Position numbers and translations under genes: made by a program
NCBI GenBank assembly: GCA_026770705.1
Contig: JANJGN010000121.1
Coordinates: 1,426,001 to 1,490,000 of the forward strand
DNA length: 64,000 nucleotides
Direction: 5' to 3'
Source of the DNA: Isurus oxyrinchus
Lineage: Eukaryota
The notes under the pieces: model-generated
The model's input: the letters and a program-made list of their open reading frames with translations, nothing else
The model's database searches: none
Told to the model about the DNA's origin: nothing
In this document: positions 46,505 to 62,479 of the stretch, piece by piece
Layout of the letters: every line of letters begins with the position of its first letter
Numbering within the stretch: the first letter of the stretch is position 1

Positions 46505-48225
46505 GGGAGGAGAGAAAAGACAAAGACACAGAGAGAGAGAGAGAGAGAGACATGGAGAGGGACAGGAAGAGACAAAGAATCAGAGAGAGAGAGACAGACG
46601 GAGAAACAGAGGGGGAGACAGTGGTGGGGAGATAGAGAGAGAGAGGCAGAGAGATAGAGAGAGTGAGAGAGAGTGAGAGGCGGGGAGGGGGAGATGGGCA
46701 GGAGGAGAGGGGCAGAGGGAGGGGGGGGTAGGGAGAGAGGGGGAGGGAATGAGGGGGAGGGAGTGAGGGGGAGGGAGTGAGGAGGAGGGAGAGAGGGGNN
46801 NNNNNNNNNNNNNNNNNNNNNNNNNNNNNNNNNNNNNNNNNNNNNNNNNNNNNNNNNNNNNNNNNNNNNNNNNNNNNNNNNNNNNNNNNNNNNNNNNNNN
46901 NNNNNNNNNNNNNNNNNNNNNNNNNNNNNNNNNNNNNNNNNNNNNNNNNNNNNNNNNNNNNNNNNNNNNNNNNNNNNNNNNNNNNNNNNNNNNNNNNNNN
47001 NNNNNNNNGACAGCGAGAGAGAGGGACAGCGAGAGAGAGAGACAGAGAGAGAGAGAGAGACAGCGAGAGGGACAGCGAGAGAGAGAGAGAGAGACAGCGA
47101 GAGGGACAGCGAGAGAGAGGGACAGCGAGAGAGAGGGACAGCGAGAGAGAGAGAGAGACAGAGAGAGAGAGAGACAGCGAGAGAGAGACAGCGAGAGAGA
47201 GAGAGACAGCGAGAGAGAGAGACAGCGAGAGAGAGAGACAGCGAGAGAGAGGGACAGCGAGAGAGAGGGACAGCGAGAGAGAGAGAGAGACAGAGAGAGA
47301 GAGAGAGAAACAGCGAGAGGGACAGCGAGAGAGAGAGAGAGGGACAGCGAGAGAGAGGGACAGCGAGAGAGAGGGACAGCGAGAAAGAGAGAGAGAGAGA
47401 CAGAGAGACAGAGAGAGAGAGACAGCGAGAGAGAGAGAGAGACAGCGAGAGTGAGAGAGAGAGCAAGAGTGCGAGTGAGTGTGAGAGAGATGGAGAGAGA
47501 GCGGGCAGAGACAGAGGGACAAGGAGAGAGAGAGAGAGGGACAGGGAGAGAGAGAGAGACAGGGAGAGAGAGGGACTGAGAGAGAGAGACAGGGAGAGAG
47601 AGAGTGGGAGACAGAGGGAGACGGAGNNNNNNNNNNNNNNNNNNNNNNNNNNNNNNNNNNNNNNNNNNNNNNNNNNNNNNNNNNNNNNNNNNNNNNNNNN
47701 NNNNNNNNNNNNNNNNNNNNNNNNNNNNNNNNNNNNNNNNNNNNNNNNNNNNNNNNNNNNNNGGATAAGCAGAGAGAGAGATACAGAGGCAGAGAGAGAG
47801 ATAGAGACAAAGGGAGATACAAGAGCAGACAGGCAGAGGCAGAGAGAGGGAGATATAGAGACAGACAGAGAGAGAGAGAGAGAAAGATAGGGACAGAGAG
47901 GCAGGCAGTGAAAGACAGAGAGCAATAGAGGCAGAGAGAGAGGTACAGGGACAGAGACAGACAGTGGGAGAGACAAGAGAATGGGAGAGAAAAGGGAGTG
48001 AGAAAGGGAGACAGAGACAGAGATGGACAGAGAGAGAGAGACACAGAAAAAGACAAAGAAACAGAGAGNNNNNNNNNNNNNNNNNNNNNNNNNNNNNNNN
48101 NNNNNNNNNNNNNNNNNNNNNNNNNNNNNNNNNNNNNNNNNNNNNNNNNNNNNNNNNNNNNNNNNNNNNNNNNNNNNNNNNNNNNNNNNNNNNNNNNNNN
48201 NNNNNNNNNNNNNNNNNNNNNNNNN
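46505..48225 (+). repeat. GA-rich simple repeats with assembly gaps
   Basis: (GA)n and GACAGCGAGAGA arrays; N runs at 46799-47008, 47627-47762 and 48069-48225. Confidence 0.95.
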
Positions 48226-48289
48226 GAGACAGTGTTAAACCATTAAACCATGGCTCCCTCTAGTGGTTGCAAGTAGGATGCTGGACTTT

Positions 48290-48970
48290 TTAAAATTCAT
48301 TCACAAGATGAGTGTCTTTGGCAAGGCCAACAGTTGTTGCCCATCCCTAATTGCCCTTGAGAAGGTGCTGATGAGCTGCCTCCTTCAACTGCTGTACCCC
48401 ATGTGGTGTAGGTACACCCACAGTGCTGTTAGAGAGGGAGTTCCAGGATTCTGACCCAGCGACAGTGAAGGAACGGTGATATATTTCCAAGTCAGGATGG
48501 TGAGTGACTTGGAGGGGAACTTCCAGGTTGTGGTGTTCCCATGTGTCTGCTGCCCTTGTCCTTCTAGATGGTAGAGGTCGTGGGTTTGGACGGTGCTGTC
48601 GAAGGATCCTTGGTGAGTTGCTGCAGTGCATCTTGTAGATGGTACACACACTGCTGCTGCTGTGCGTCGGTGGGGGAGAGGCTGAATGTTTGTGGATGGG
48701 GTGCCAATCAAGCGGGGCTGCTTTGTCCTGGTTGGTTTCAAGCCTCTTGAGTGTTGTGGGAGCTGCACTCATCCAGGCAAGTGGAGAGTATTCCATCACA
48801 CTCCTGACCTCTGCCTTGTAGATAGTGGACAGACATTGGGGGTGGGGAAGTCAGGAGATGAGTTCCTCTGTGCAGGGTTCTTGGACTCTGACCTGCTCTT
48901 GCAGCCACAGTAATGCAAAGGCTAGTTCAGTCCAGCTTCTGGTCAACGGTGAGCCACCAGGACGTTGACG
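48290..48970 (-). mobile_element. L2/CR1-clade LINE 3' fragment
   Basis: Minus-strand MMEYSPLAWMSAAPTTLKRL...RRTRAADTWEHH ORF plus the 3' tail; same family as the array LINE fragment. Confidence 0.8.
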
Positions 48971-50037
48971 GTTTTGGAAGGATATATTTGCAGTGACAGG
49001 CCGTTTCTTTCACTTCCTGCCTAGTACCCACAAGGTTCTGGAACGCTCCCAGCAGATTGGGGGGTTAGAAAATGTAACCGCGCTGTTCAAGAGTGGAAGG
49101 AGAGATAAAACAGTGTGGCCTAACATCAGCTGCTGTGAAAAAAATAAGGCTGGGATCTGTTACTGAGGATGTGGTGAGAGGTCACAGAGATTCAGAACAC
49201 GATTAGACAGAGTCAACTTGGTTTCTGAAAGGAAGCTGTGGTTGAGAAATCGGTTTGAGGATTTTGGAGAGTTATCTTTAACCAAGTCAATGAAAGGGTG
49301 AACTGGCGGATGTGGTCTCTCGATTTTCAGAAGTCATTCGAGCAGGTGCTACAGAGAAGTTTAAATGGGGCTCAGGGGATCGGGAGGACAGTGGGAGCAC
49401 GGCAATGTCACTGGGCTAATGCTCTGGGGGGGGGGGGGGGGGGCCATGGGTTCGAATCCCGCCAGGGCAGCTGGTGGGATTTAAACTCACCGAATAAAAT
49501 CGGGAATTGAAACCCGGTCTCAGTGACGGTGACCGCGAAACTGTCGTCGACTGCTGAAAAAAAAAACCCATCTGGGTCACTCATGTCTCCTTTAGGGGAG
49601 GGGAAAATCTGCCTCCCTTACCCGGTCTGGCCTACAACGTGGCTTCCCAGACCCACGGCGATGTGGTCGACTCCTATCCGCCCCTCTGCAATGGCCGAGC
49701 GAGGACCCCTCCTTTGTGCCGCACCATTATCGGGGGGGGGGGGGGGGGGGGGGGGTGCGTGGGTCACAGTGGTTGACCACCACCTTCTCAAGCCGCAATT
49801 AGGAACGGGACAATGAAAGTGCTGGCCCAGCCAGCGAGGCCCGGGTCCCGTAAACGAATGAGAGAAGATAAAGAAAAATGGCAGCGAGGCTTCCTTCATC
49901 TTGTGCTCTTTGTGGGAGAGGTGTGGGGTGGGCTGTGGGTGGAGGGGGGGTCGGGGGGGGGTTAATGGAGCCCGCGGACGAGGGGTGGTGGGAGATGAGG
50001 GGGGGGGGCAACAGTCCAGCCTGTAGCAGAGACTTAC

Positions 50038-50192
50038 GTTGACACAGAAGAGAGTGGTCATCCTGTGCAGGTAGTTGGGGTTGCTGGACATGGCTAGAAC
50101 CTTGGGAATGATGGTGTTCTGGGCCCAAACCTTGCCGAACTTCTGGGTGAGCTTCTTCAGGTTGTTAGTGGCGGCCTCGCGAATGGCATAGA
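50038..50192 (-). CDS. PPP2R1A: PP2A scaffold subunit A exon
   Basis: [52 protein letters not shown]; CAG acceptor, GTAAGT donor; 155 bp. Confidence 0.95.
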
Positions 50193-51069
50193 CTGAAGGT
50201 GGAGCGGGGTTGGGGGGGTGGGGTGGGGGGAGAGGGGGTGGAGAGGTCGGGGGGAGAAAAGGAAAGAGTCACAAACCAAACTGGAAAAATCTCCACCCAG
50301 CACCCATTGCCTGGCAGCCCTGTACCACTCTCGTCAGCACAGCCCCTCACCTAGCGACAGCCCTTCATAATATTCCTTAGTGACACCAGGCAAGGTAACT
50401 GAGTTCTAACGTTGCACTTAATCTCTAACACATCGGGTCCACAGCACAGAAACAGGCCATTCGGCCCATCTGCTCCGTGCTGGTGTTTCTGCTCCACACG
50501 AGCCTCCTCCCACCTCCTCTTCATCTCACCCCATCCCCATATCCCTTCTATTCCTCTCTCCCTCATGTGTTTATCCAGCTTTCCCCCTTAAATACATCCA
50601 TACTATTCAACTCCACCACTCCCTGTGGGAGCGAGTTCCACATTCTCCCCACTCTCTGGGTAAAGAGGTTTCTCCTGAATTCCCCCATTGGATTTATTAG
50701 TGACGATCTTATATCGATGGCCCCTGGTTCAGGCCTTCCGCCCCCTCAAATGGAAACACCTTCCCTACGTCCAGCCTATCAAAACGACCGCCCCCACCCT
50801 CCCCCTCCCCCCTCCCCTCCCCACCGGCCACTTCCTCACTTTGATCAAGGAAGCGTTACGAGTGCAACTGGAAATACTTCCCCTCAGCTGCAGGGAGCTG
50901 GGGAGAGGTGAAGATCAGGCAGCTTAGACAGGGTCGCAGTCTAAAAAGGTAAAGGGACAGCAAAAGACTGAACACAGGAGCATGTTGCGGCTTCTGCTAA
51001 AACGGTACAACACAGCGATTGGAGCAATTACTCTGCCAGGGACTGCAGTGCAATAAAATGCCGCGTGGA

Positions 51070-54000
51070 ACACCTGGGTGCAGTTTTGGTCTCCTTACTT
51101 AAGCAAGGATATACTCGTACTGGAGGCGGCACAGTGGAGGCTCACTAAAATTGGTTCCTGGGGATAAGGGGGTTGTCCTGTGATGAGGGGCTGAGTAAAT
51201 CGGGGTCTATACACTCTGGAGTTTAGAAGAACCTACAATATTCTGAAGGGGCTCGAGAGGGTGGATGCGGAGAGATTGTTTCCGCTGGTCGGGGGGCTCA
51301 AACACACTTGGCGAGGCAGGGGGGGCACAGTCTCAGGATAAGGGGCCGATCATTTAGGTCTGAGATGAGGAGGAATTTCTTCCCTCAAAGGGTGGTGAAT
51401 CTTTGGAATTCTCTGCCCCCCCCCACCCCCACCACCCCACCACAACCGAGGGTTGTGGATGCTCCTTCGTTGAACACGTTTAAGGCTGCGACAGGCAGAA
51501 TTTCGGTCTCTGGGGGAATTAAGGGATATGGGGAGCGGGCGGGAAACTGGGGTTAAAGCCCAGGATCAACCATGATCGCACTGAATAGCGGAGCAGGCTT
51601 GACGGGTCCTATCCCTTGCGCTCTGGTATTTTGTGTCACATGCCATCGGCTCGGTGACGGGGATGCGATGAGAGGAGCTGGAATCAGTCCGTCCTCAGGA
51701 ACCAGCCCGAGGACCTGGGGCAGCTATTACTGCTGGCCAGTCGTTGCCCCTCTGAGATCAGGCAAAACCCCGAGAAGCACTGAGAACCACCAGAAGGAGT
51801 GTGTAGAGCTTCAAGAGGACGTAGACAGGTTGGTGGAATGGGCGGACAGGTGGCAGGTGAAATTTAATGCAGAGGAGTGTGGACTGATTTATTTTGGTTG
51901 GAAGAACATTGGAGAGGCAGTATAAAATAAGGGTGCAACTCTAAAGGGGGTGCAGGAGTGGAGGGACCTGGGTGTATAGGTCACTGAAGGTGGCAGGACA
52001 GGTTGAGAGCGTAGTTAATAAAGCATACAGTATCCTGGGCTTTATTATTAGTGGCACAGAGTACAAGAGCAGGGAGGTTATGTTAAACGTGTACAAAACG
52101 CTGGTTCATCCTCAAGTGAAGTACTGCGTCCGGTTCTGAGCACCACACTTTAGAGGGATAATGAGAAGGCCTTAGAGAGAGAGAGAGTGCAGGAAAGATT
52201 CACGAGAATGATTCCAGGGATGAGGGACTTAGGTTGAGAGACTGGAGAAGTTGGGACTGTTCTCCTTGCAGGTTCCAGCCCTTCAGATGCAGATCCCGGT
52301 ACCTACCAAATGTGTTGAGCACTTCACCCTCAGTCACCAATTCGGCCATCAATCCAGATGCCCACCGCCCTCTCTCGGGGTGAAGAAGGTTTTTTTTCCC
52401 ATGTCCCCTCCAATCCTTCTACCAATCACCAAATCTATGCCCCCCTGGGAACTGACCTCTCAACGAGGGGAAGCAAGTCTTTCCTGTCTAACGTATCTAG
52501 GCCCCTCATAATTCTGTACTCCTCAATTAGGTCACTCCTCAGCCTCCTCTGTTCTAAGGAAAATATCCCCAGCCCAGCCAATCTTTACTCATAGTTGCAA
52601 TTTTCAAGCCCCGGTAAATCTTGTAAATCTCCTCTGTACTCTCTACAGAGTAATGATGTCCTTCCTGTAATGTGGTGATCAGAACTGGACACAAAATTTC
52701 AGCTGTGTCCTAACCAGCGTTTTAAACAGTTCTAGCGTTACACCCCTGCTTTTGTATTCTATACTTTGCCCAATGAAGGAATTAGCTATGCTTATTGTAT
52801 TTAATATTTCACACTCCTCCTCTTTAACTAGAATGTCTGCATCCTTACTGAAGACAGAGACAAAGTACTCATTGAGAGCCCTGCCCACATCTTCTACATC
52901 AACCCACAAGTTATCATGTACATTTGATAGGGCCTACCCTTTCCTTAGCTATTTTCTTGCGCTTAATGTGCAAGTGTTTTGTGACTGTTATAAGCTTTCT
53001 TTTTATGCTTTACTCACCCTGTATGCATCTGGATAACCAGGGGGCTCTAGATTTAGCAGCACCACCCTTTTACTTTGTGGGGAAATGTTTACACTGTGCC
53101 CGTAGAATCTCACTTTTGAGTGCCTGAGAGTGTGGTGGAAGCAGACTCAATCAAGGATTTCAAAAAGGAATTGGAGCATTATCTGAAGAGGCAAAATTTA
53201 CAGGGTTACAGGGAGAAGGTGGGGGAGTGAGACTAGCTGAGAGCCAGCAGACACAAACGGGCCGACTGGTCTCTTTCTGTGCTGTGACCATGGCCTCGTT
53301 CAGTGCTGTAAGGTATGAGCGTACATAAAGCATATAAAATAGGAGCAGAAGTAGGCCATTCGGCCCCTTGAGCCTGCTCTGCCATTCAATAAGATTATGG
53401 CTGATCTGTTTGCGTTTCGAATTCCCACATTCCTATTCACACCCAATAACAGCCCTACCTGGAAGTTCCCCCACAAGCCACTCACCATCCTGACTTGGAA
53501 ATATATCACCGTTCCTTCACTGTCGCTGGGTCAAAATCCTGCAGCTCCCTCCCTAACAGGGACCTACACCAAATGGACTGCAGTGGTTCAAGAAGGCAGC
53601 TCACCCCCACCTTCTCAAGGGCAATTAGGGATGGGCAATAAATGCTGACCCAGCCAGCGATGCACACATCGGGTAAATGATTTTTTTTAAAAAAATTCCC
53701 TTGCCTAACAAAAATCTATCTACTCCGCCTTAAACATATTCAGTGGCCCCCGCCTCCACCGCCTTCTGAGACAGAGAGTTCCAAAGTCGGACAACCCTCT
53801 GAGAGGAAAATATTCTCCTCAACTGTGTCCCATAAGGGCGACCCCTAATTTTAAACCGGTGCCCCCCTAGTTCTGGACTCACACACAAGAGGAAACATCT
53901 TTTCCACATCCACCTTGTCAAGGCCGTTCAGGATCTCGTACACTTCAATCAGATCCCCCCCTCACTCATCTAAACTCTAGTGGAAACAAGCCCAGCCTGT

Positions 54001-54330
54001 CTAACCTACCCTCATTAGACAACCCGCTCGTTCCAGGTGTCAATCTAGAAAACCTCCTCTGAACTGCTCCCAACGCATCTACATCCTTCCTTAAAAAAGG
54101 AGACCAAAACCGCGCACCGTATTCGAGGCGCAGCCTCACCAATGTCCTGTATAACTGAAGCATAACATCCTTACTTTTATGTTCAATCCCTCTCGGAATA
54201 AAGGATGGGATTCCATTCGCCTTCCTGGTGACACGCTGAACCTGCAGACTAACTTTGCGTGACTCATGCACGAGAGCACCCAGATCCCTCTGCAGCTCGG
54301 AGTTGCGCAGCCATTCTCCGTTTAAGTAAC
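51070..54330. mobile_element. Cluster of CR1 LINE fragments in both orientations
   Basis: CR1 motifs RGHSLRIRG...RRNFF.QRVVNLWNSLP (+, 51310-51560), LQEDVDRLVEWADRWQVKFNAE.C (+, 51790-52270) and LYRTLVR..LEY...FWSP (-, 52560-52770 and 53690-54330). Confidence 0.75.
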
Positions 54331-54513
54331 ACTCTGCTTTTACATTTTATGAACCATCGCCTCCTTCTGTGCTGTAACCATTCTATGATGTCAGGAGCCT
54401 GAGGCAAAAGCTCCCTCACAAGGTGGCTGCCTCTTAAATTAAACTGTACAACACTTATAGAAACGATGGTGACAATGGTATAGTAAGTGGATGACGCTGG
54501 TTCCCGTCCTTAC

Positions 54514-54574
54514 CGTGATCTACCAGCCAGGCCATGCAGATCGCGTTTAACTTCTCATTGAAGAACTCAACACC
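54514..54574 (-). CDS. PPP2R1A: PP2A scaffold subunit A exon
   Basis: GVEFFNEKLNAICMAWLVDH; CAG acceptor, GTAAGG donor; 61 bp. Confidence 0.93.
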
Positions 54575-54794
54575 CTGTGGAGGTAAAGGGACAGTTAAAG
54601 AGATGTCTAAAGTTGACACTTGTTCACTTCATGCAGCACACAGGTTAAATATCACACTGGCCACGTGTCACTAGCCTCCCAATCACACTGCCAGTCTCTA
54701 GCGGCCAAGAGATCCGAAGCCAAGGCACAGAAGCAGCTCCCTATGTTGCCGCAACAGCTATCCAAATGTCTTTATATATCCATCGGAATTCGAG

Positions 54795-55770
54795 GAGACC
54801 CATTCAGCCCATCAAGCCTGTTACACAGGAACAGGAGGAGGCCCATTCAGCCCATCAAGCCTGTTACACAGGAACAGGAGGAGGCCCATTCAGCCCATCA
54901 AGCCTGTTACACAGGAACAGGAGGAGGCCCATTCAGCTCCCTCGAGCCTGTTACACAGGAACAGGAGGAGGCCCATTCAGCTCCCTCGAGCCTGTTACAC
55001 AGGAACAGGAGGAGGCCCATTCAGCCCCCTCAAGTCTGTTACACTGGAACAGGAGGAGGCCCATTCAGCCCCCTCAAGCCTGTTACACAGGAACAGGAGG
55101 AGGCCAATCAGCCCCCTTGAGCCCATTACACAGGAACAGGAGGAGGCCCATTCAGCCCAATCAAGCCTGTTACACCGGAATAGGAGGAGGCTCAATCAGC
55201 CCCCTCGAGCCTGTTACACAGGAACAGGAGGAGGCCATTCAGCCCCTTGAGCCTGTTACACAGGAACAGGAGGAGGCCATTCAGCCCCCTTGAGCCTGTT
55301 ACACAGGAACAGGAGGAGGCCATTCAGCCCCCTCGAGCCTGTTACACAGGAACAGGAGGAGGCCATTCAGCCCCTTGAGCCTGTTACACAGGAACAGGAG
55401 GAGGCCATTCAGCCCCCTCGAGCCTGTTATACAGGAACAGGAGGAGGCCATTCAGCCCCCTTGAGCCTCTAACACAGGAACAGGAGGAGGCTCAATCAGC
55501 CCCCTCGAGCCTGTTACACAGGAACAGGAGGAGGCCATTCAGCCCCTGGAGCCTGTTACAAAGGAACAGGAGGAGGCCATTCAGCCCCTTGAGCCTGTTA
55601 CACAGGAACAGGAGGAGGCCTATTCAGCCCAATCGAGCCTGTTACACAGGAACAGGAGGAGACCCATTCAGCTCCCTTGAGCCTGTTACACAGGAACAGG
55701 AGGAGGCCCATTCAGCCCAATCGAGCCTGTTAAAGAAAAACAAGAGGAGGCCCATTCAGCCCCTTGAGTC
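54795..55770 (+). repeat. ~43-44-bp minisatellite fused to an antisense CR1 3' end
   Basis: (GAGCCTGTTACACAGGAACAGGAGGAGGCCATTCAGCCCCCTC)n, then ...cccattcaatgtgatcatggctgat (CR1 tail, antisense) to about 56120. Confidence 0.9.
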
Positions 55771-56374
55771 TGTTCCCCCATTCAATGTGATCATGGCTGA
55801 TGTGCGACCTATCTCCATGCAGCCACCTTTTACTCCTTATCCCTTAATACCTTTGCCTAACAAAAATCTATCAATCTCCCCAATATAATATGAACAATTT
55901 GATCTGAGCATCAAATGCCATTTGGGGAAGAGAGTTCCAAACTTCTCCCAGCCTTTGTGTGTAGAAATGTTTCCTAATTTCACTTCCGAAAGGTCAGCCT
56001 CTTATTTTTAGACTGCCCCCTTGTCCCAGACTCCCCACAAACAACGGAAATAGTTTCTATCAACCTTTGTTCTCATTAATATCTTGGTTCAAATCACCCG
56101 TTAATCTTCTAAACTCAGAGGAGAACAACTTCCCTTTGAATTCCACTCACTGTTGTAATGTTGGGTAACACAGCAGCCAAATTAAAAAACGGAACTAACT
56201 GAGATAACGGCGAGCTTTCTTCACTTGTGTTTTGGATGAGACATTGAACCAAGGCCCCCGTCTGCCCTCTCGGGCGGGTGTGAAAGATCCCACGGCCACT
56301 ATTTGGAGGAAGAGCAGGGGGTGTTCTCCCCGGTGTCCTGGGGCCAATATTTAATCCCTCAAACAACATCACTG

Positions 56375-57485
56375 GGCACTGGTTAGCCCAAGCAGCTGGT
56401 TGGAGTCACACCTAGCATAAAGGAAGACGGCTGGGGTTGTTGCGGGTCAATCATCTCAGTTCCAGGACATCACTGCAGGAGTTCCTCAGGGTAGTGTCCT
56501 TGGCCCAACCATCTTCAGCTGCTTCATCAATGTCCTTCCTTCCATCATAAGGTCAGAAGTAGGGATGTTCGCTGATGATTGCACAATGTTCAGCACCATT
56601 TGCAACTCTTTAGATACTGAAGCAGACCATGTCCAAATGCAGCAAGACCTGGACAATATCCAGGCTTGGGCTAACAAGTGGCAAGTAACATTCATGCCAC
56701 ACTTGTACCAGACAATGACCTTCTTAAACTAGAGAGAATCCAACCATCTCCCCTTGACATTCAATGGCATTACCATCGCTGAATCCCCCACTATCAACAT
56801 CCTGGGGACCACCATTGACCAGAAACTGAACTGCATCAGCCACATAAATACTGTAGCTACAAGAGCAGGTCAGAGGCTGGGAATCCTGCAGCGAGTAACT
56901 CACCTCCTGACTCCCCAAAGCCTGTCCACCATCTACAAGGCACAAGTCAGGAGTGTGATGGAATACTCCCCACTTGCCTGGATGAGTGCAGCTCCCACAA
57001 CACTCAAGAAGCTCGACATCATCCAGGACAAAGCAGCCCCGCTTGATTGGCACCCCATCCGCAAACACTCACTCCCTCCACTACCGACGCACAGTGGCAG
57101 CAGTGTGTGTACCATCTACAAGATGCACCGCAGCAACTCACCAAGGCTCCTTCGACAGCAACTTCAAAAACTGCAACCTCTACCATCTAGAAGGACAAGG
57201 GGAGCACACACATGGGAGCACGATCGCCTGTAAGTTCCCCTCCAAGACATTCACCATCCTGACTTGGAAAATATTGGCCGCTCCTGCACTGTGACTGGGT
57301 CAAAATCCTGGAACTCCCTCCCTAACAGCGCTGTGGGTGTACCTACAAAACATGGACTGCAGAGGTTCAAGAAGGCAGCTCACCACCACCTTCTCAAGGG
57401 GCAATTAGGGATGGGCAATAAATGCTGGGCCCAGCCAGCGAAGCCCACATCCCCCGAACAAATCAATAGAAACAAAAAAAAAAAA
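56375..57485 (+). mobile_element. L2/CR1-clade LINE RT-to-3' fragment nested inside a DeuSINE-like SINE
   Basis: GVPQGSVLGPTIFSCFIN.LP...GMFADDCT RT motifs and an A-rich tail at about 57470. The two SINE halves at 56230-56372 and 57487-57670 join across the insertion. Confidence 0.8.
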
Positions 57486-57688
57486 TCAGATGATCTGGGT
57501 CATAATCCCCTTGCTATTTTTGGGATCTTGCTGTGCACAAATTGGCTGCCATGTTTCTTACATTACAAAAGTGACCACATTTCATAACAAGTCCTTCATT
57601 GGCTGTGAAACACTTTGGGACGTCCAGAGGTGGGGAAAGGAGCTAGAGAAATGCAAGCCTGTCTTTCTCACTTGACTAAATCAGGTCA

Positions 57689-60430
<2,742 letters not shown>

Positions 60431-60988
60431 GCAGGATAACGAGAAAGAGATGTTATACAGAAGGCACGGAGAGGGAAACAGACAGGGAGAGAAAGATGGG
60501 CAAAGAGGATATAATAAGCACGGAAGAGAATGTCAAACAATCTGACACAACGTGTTGTGAGGACACTGAGAGCTGATTTTTCATGCAGCGGGTTGTGATC
60601 TGGAACCGCCTGAAGGGGCGGTGGATGTAGATTTAATCGCAACTTTCAGATGCACAGAGGGGAATGGGAGCAGGGGCAGAGTCAGGTTACTGGGTAGGGC
60701 CGGGGGAAATTGTGGAACGAGAGATGTTTCATTTCCCATCCAGGCCAGGGAATCCGAGGGGTCTGTGTCCGTACCCAAGCAATCAAAGAGCTGAGCAAAC
60801 TCAGCAGAGCCCACACACGCGAGATGTATCCTCCCTCTCAGTCCGCTTCGGTCTGAGAAAGGTTACTCTGACCCTGCTCCAAAGTGGGAAAGTGATGGCG
60901 AACCAGAGCATTAGGATTTCACATGTCAGCAAGTATCAGGTGCACGGGCCCCGGTACCAGAGAGACGACTGGAGCCCAGAGAACCAAC

Positions 60989-61123
60989 CTCATCTTTCAG
61001 CTGTGCCAGGAACATGGGCAGGAGGTGTTCCACAGTGCCGTCCTTCCCCAGCATTGGAGACAAACCCATGATGACTGAGGCCAGAGCGGACTTCACATGC
61101 TCATTTGCATCCGATACGAGCTC
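60989..61123 (-). CDS. PPP2R1A: PP2A scaffold subunit A exon
   Basis: [45 protein letters not shown]; 135 bp. The residues DAN, GLSP and GKD favour A-alpha over A-beta. Confidence 0.95.
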
Positions 61124-61174
61124 CTGTTTGAAGCAGAACACAGCTCGGTGAGCACTCATCTGACGTTTTACACT

Positions 61175-62235
61175 GCAGGTACAGCACGGGGTTAGATACA
61201 GAGTAAAGCTCCCTCTACACCGTCCCCATCAAACACTCCCAGGACAGGTACAGCATGGGGTTAGATACGGAATAAAGCTCCCTCTACACCGTCCCCATCA
61301 AACACTCCCAGGACAGGTACAGCACGGGGTTAGATACAGAGTAAAGCTCCCTCTACACTGTCCCCATCAAACACTCCCAGGACAGGTACAGCACAGGGTT
61401 AGATACAGAGTAAAGCTCCCTCTACACTGTCCCCATCAAACACTCCCAGGACAGGTATAGCACGGGGTTAGATACAGTGTAAAGCTCCCTCTACACTATC
61501 CCCATCAAACACTCCCAGGACAGGTACAGCACGGGGTAAGATACAGAGTAAAGCTCCCTCTACACTGTCCCCATCAAACACTCCCAGGACAGGTACAACA
61601 CGGGGTAAGATACAGAGTAAAGCTCCCTCTACACTGTCCCCATCAAACACTCCCAGGACAGGTGCAGAACAAGGTTAGATGCAGAGCAAAGCTCCCTCTA
61701 CACTGTCCCCATCAAACACTCCCAGGACAGGTACAGCACGGGGTAAGATACAGAGTAAAGCTCCCTCTACACCGTCCCCATCAAACACTCCCAGCACAGG
61801 TACAATACGAGGTTAGATACAGAGTAAATCTCCCTCTACACCGTCCCCATCAAACACTCCCAGGACAGGTACAGCACTGGGTTAGATACAGAGTAAAGCT
61901 CCCTCTACACCGTCCCCATCAAACACTCCCAGGACAGGTACAGTACGGGGTTAGATACAGAGTAAATCTCCCTCTACACCGTCCCCATCAAACACTCCCA
62001 GGACAGGTACAGCACGGGGTTAGATACAGTGTAAAGCTCCCTCTACACCGTCCCCATCAAACACTCCCAGGACAGGTACAGCACGGGGTTAGATACAGAG
62101 TAAAGCTGCCTCTACAGTGTCCCCATCAAACACTCCCAGGACAGGTACAGTACGGGGTTAGATACAAAGTAAATCTCCCTCTACACCATCCCCATCAAAC
62201 ACTCCCAGGACAGGTACAGCATGGGGTTGGATACA
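61175..62235 (+). repeat. 69-bp minisatellite (CAGGTACAGCACGGGGTTAGATACAGAGTAAAGCTCCCTCTACACTGTCCCCATCAAACACTCCCAGGA)n
   Basis: About 15 copies fill most of a PPP2R1A intron; about 2 more copies at 63005-63140. Confidence 0.95.
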
Positions 62236-62334
62236 TCTTGAGTGTTGTACAAGGGAAAGATGGATATGGCTGTGGGAAAAGGGCAGAGGTTTGGTCAGGG
62301 GAAGTGAGGGCTGGGTTCGGTTGGGAGAGCTCAC

Positions 62335-62405
62335 CTTAATGGAGGGTAGGATTTGCGTCAGGATGATCTGCTGCCGCCCGTCAGTGGGCAGGTTCTCACA
62401 GAAAT
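62335..62405 (-). CDS. PPP2R1A: PP2A scaffold subunit A exon (most 5' exon in the window)
   Basis: (D)FCENLPTDGRQQIILTQILPSIK; CAG acceptor, GTGAG donor; 71 bp. Upstream exons lie beyond the window. Confidence 0.9.
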
Positions 62406-62479
62406 CTGAAAGAAACAAAGATTCACTGAAGAACTCACAATTCTTATCCCAATATCCTTGAACATTTCAGGGTGCACTC

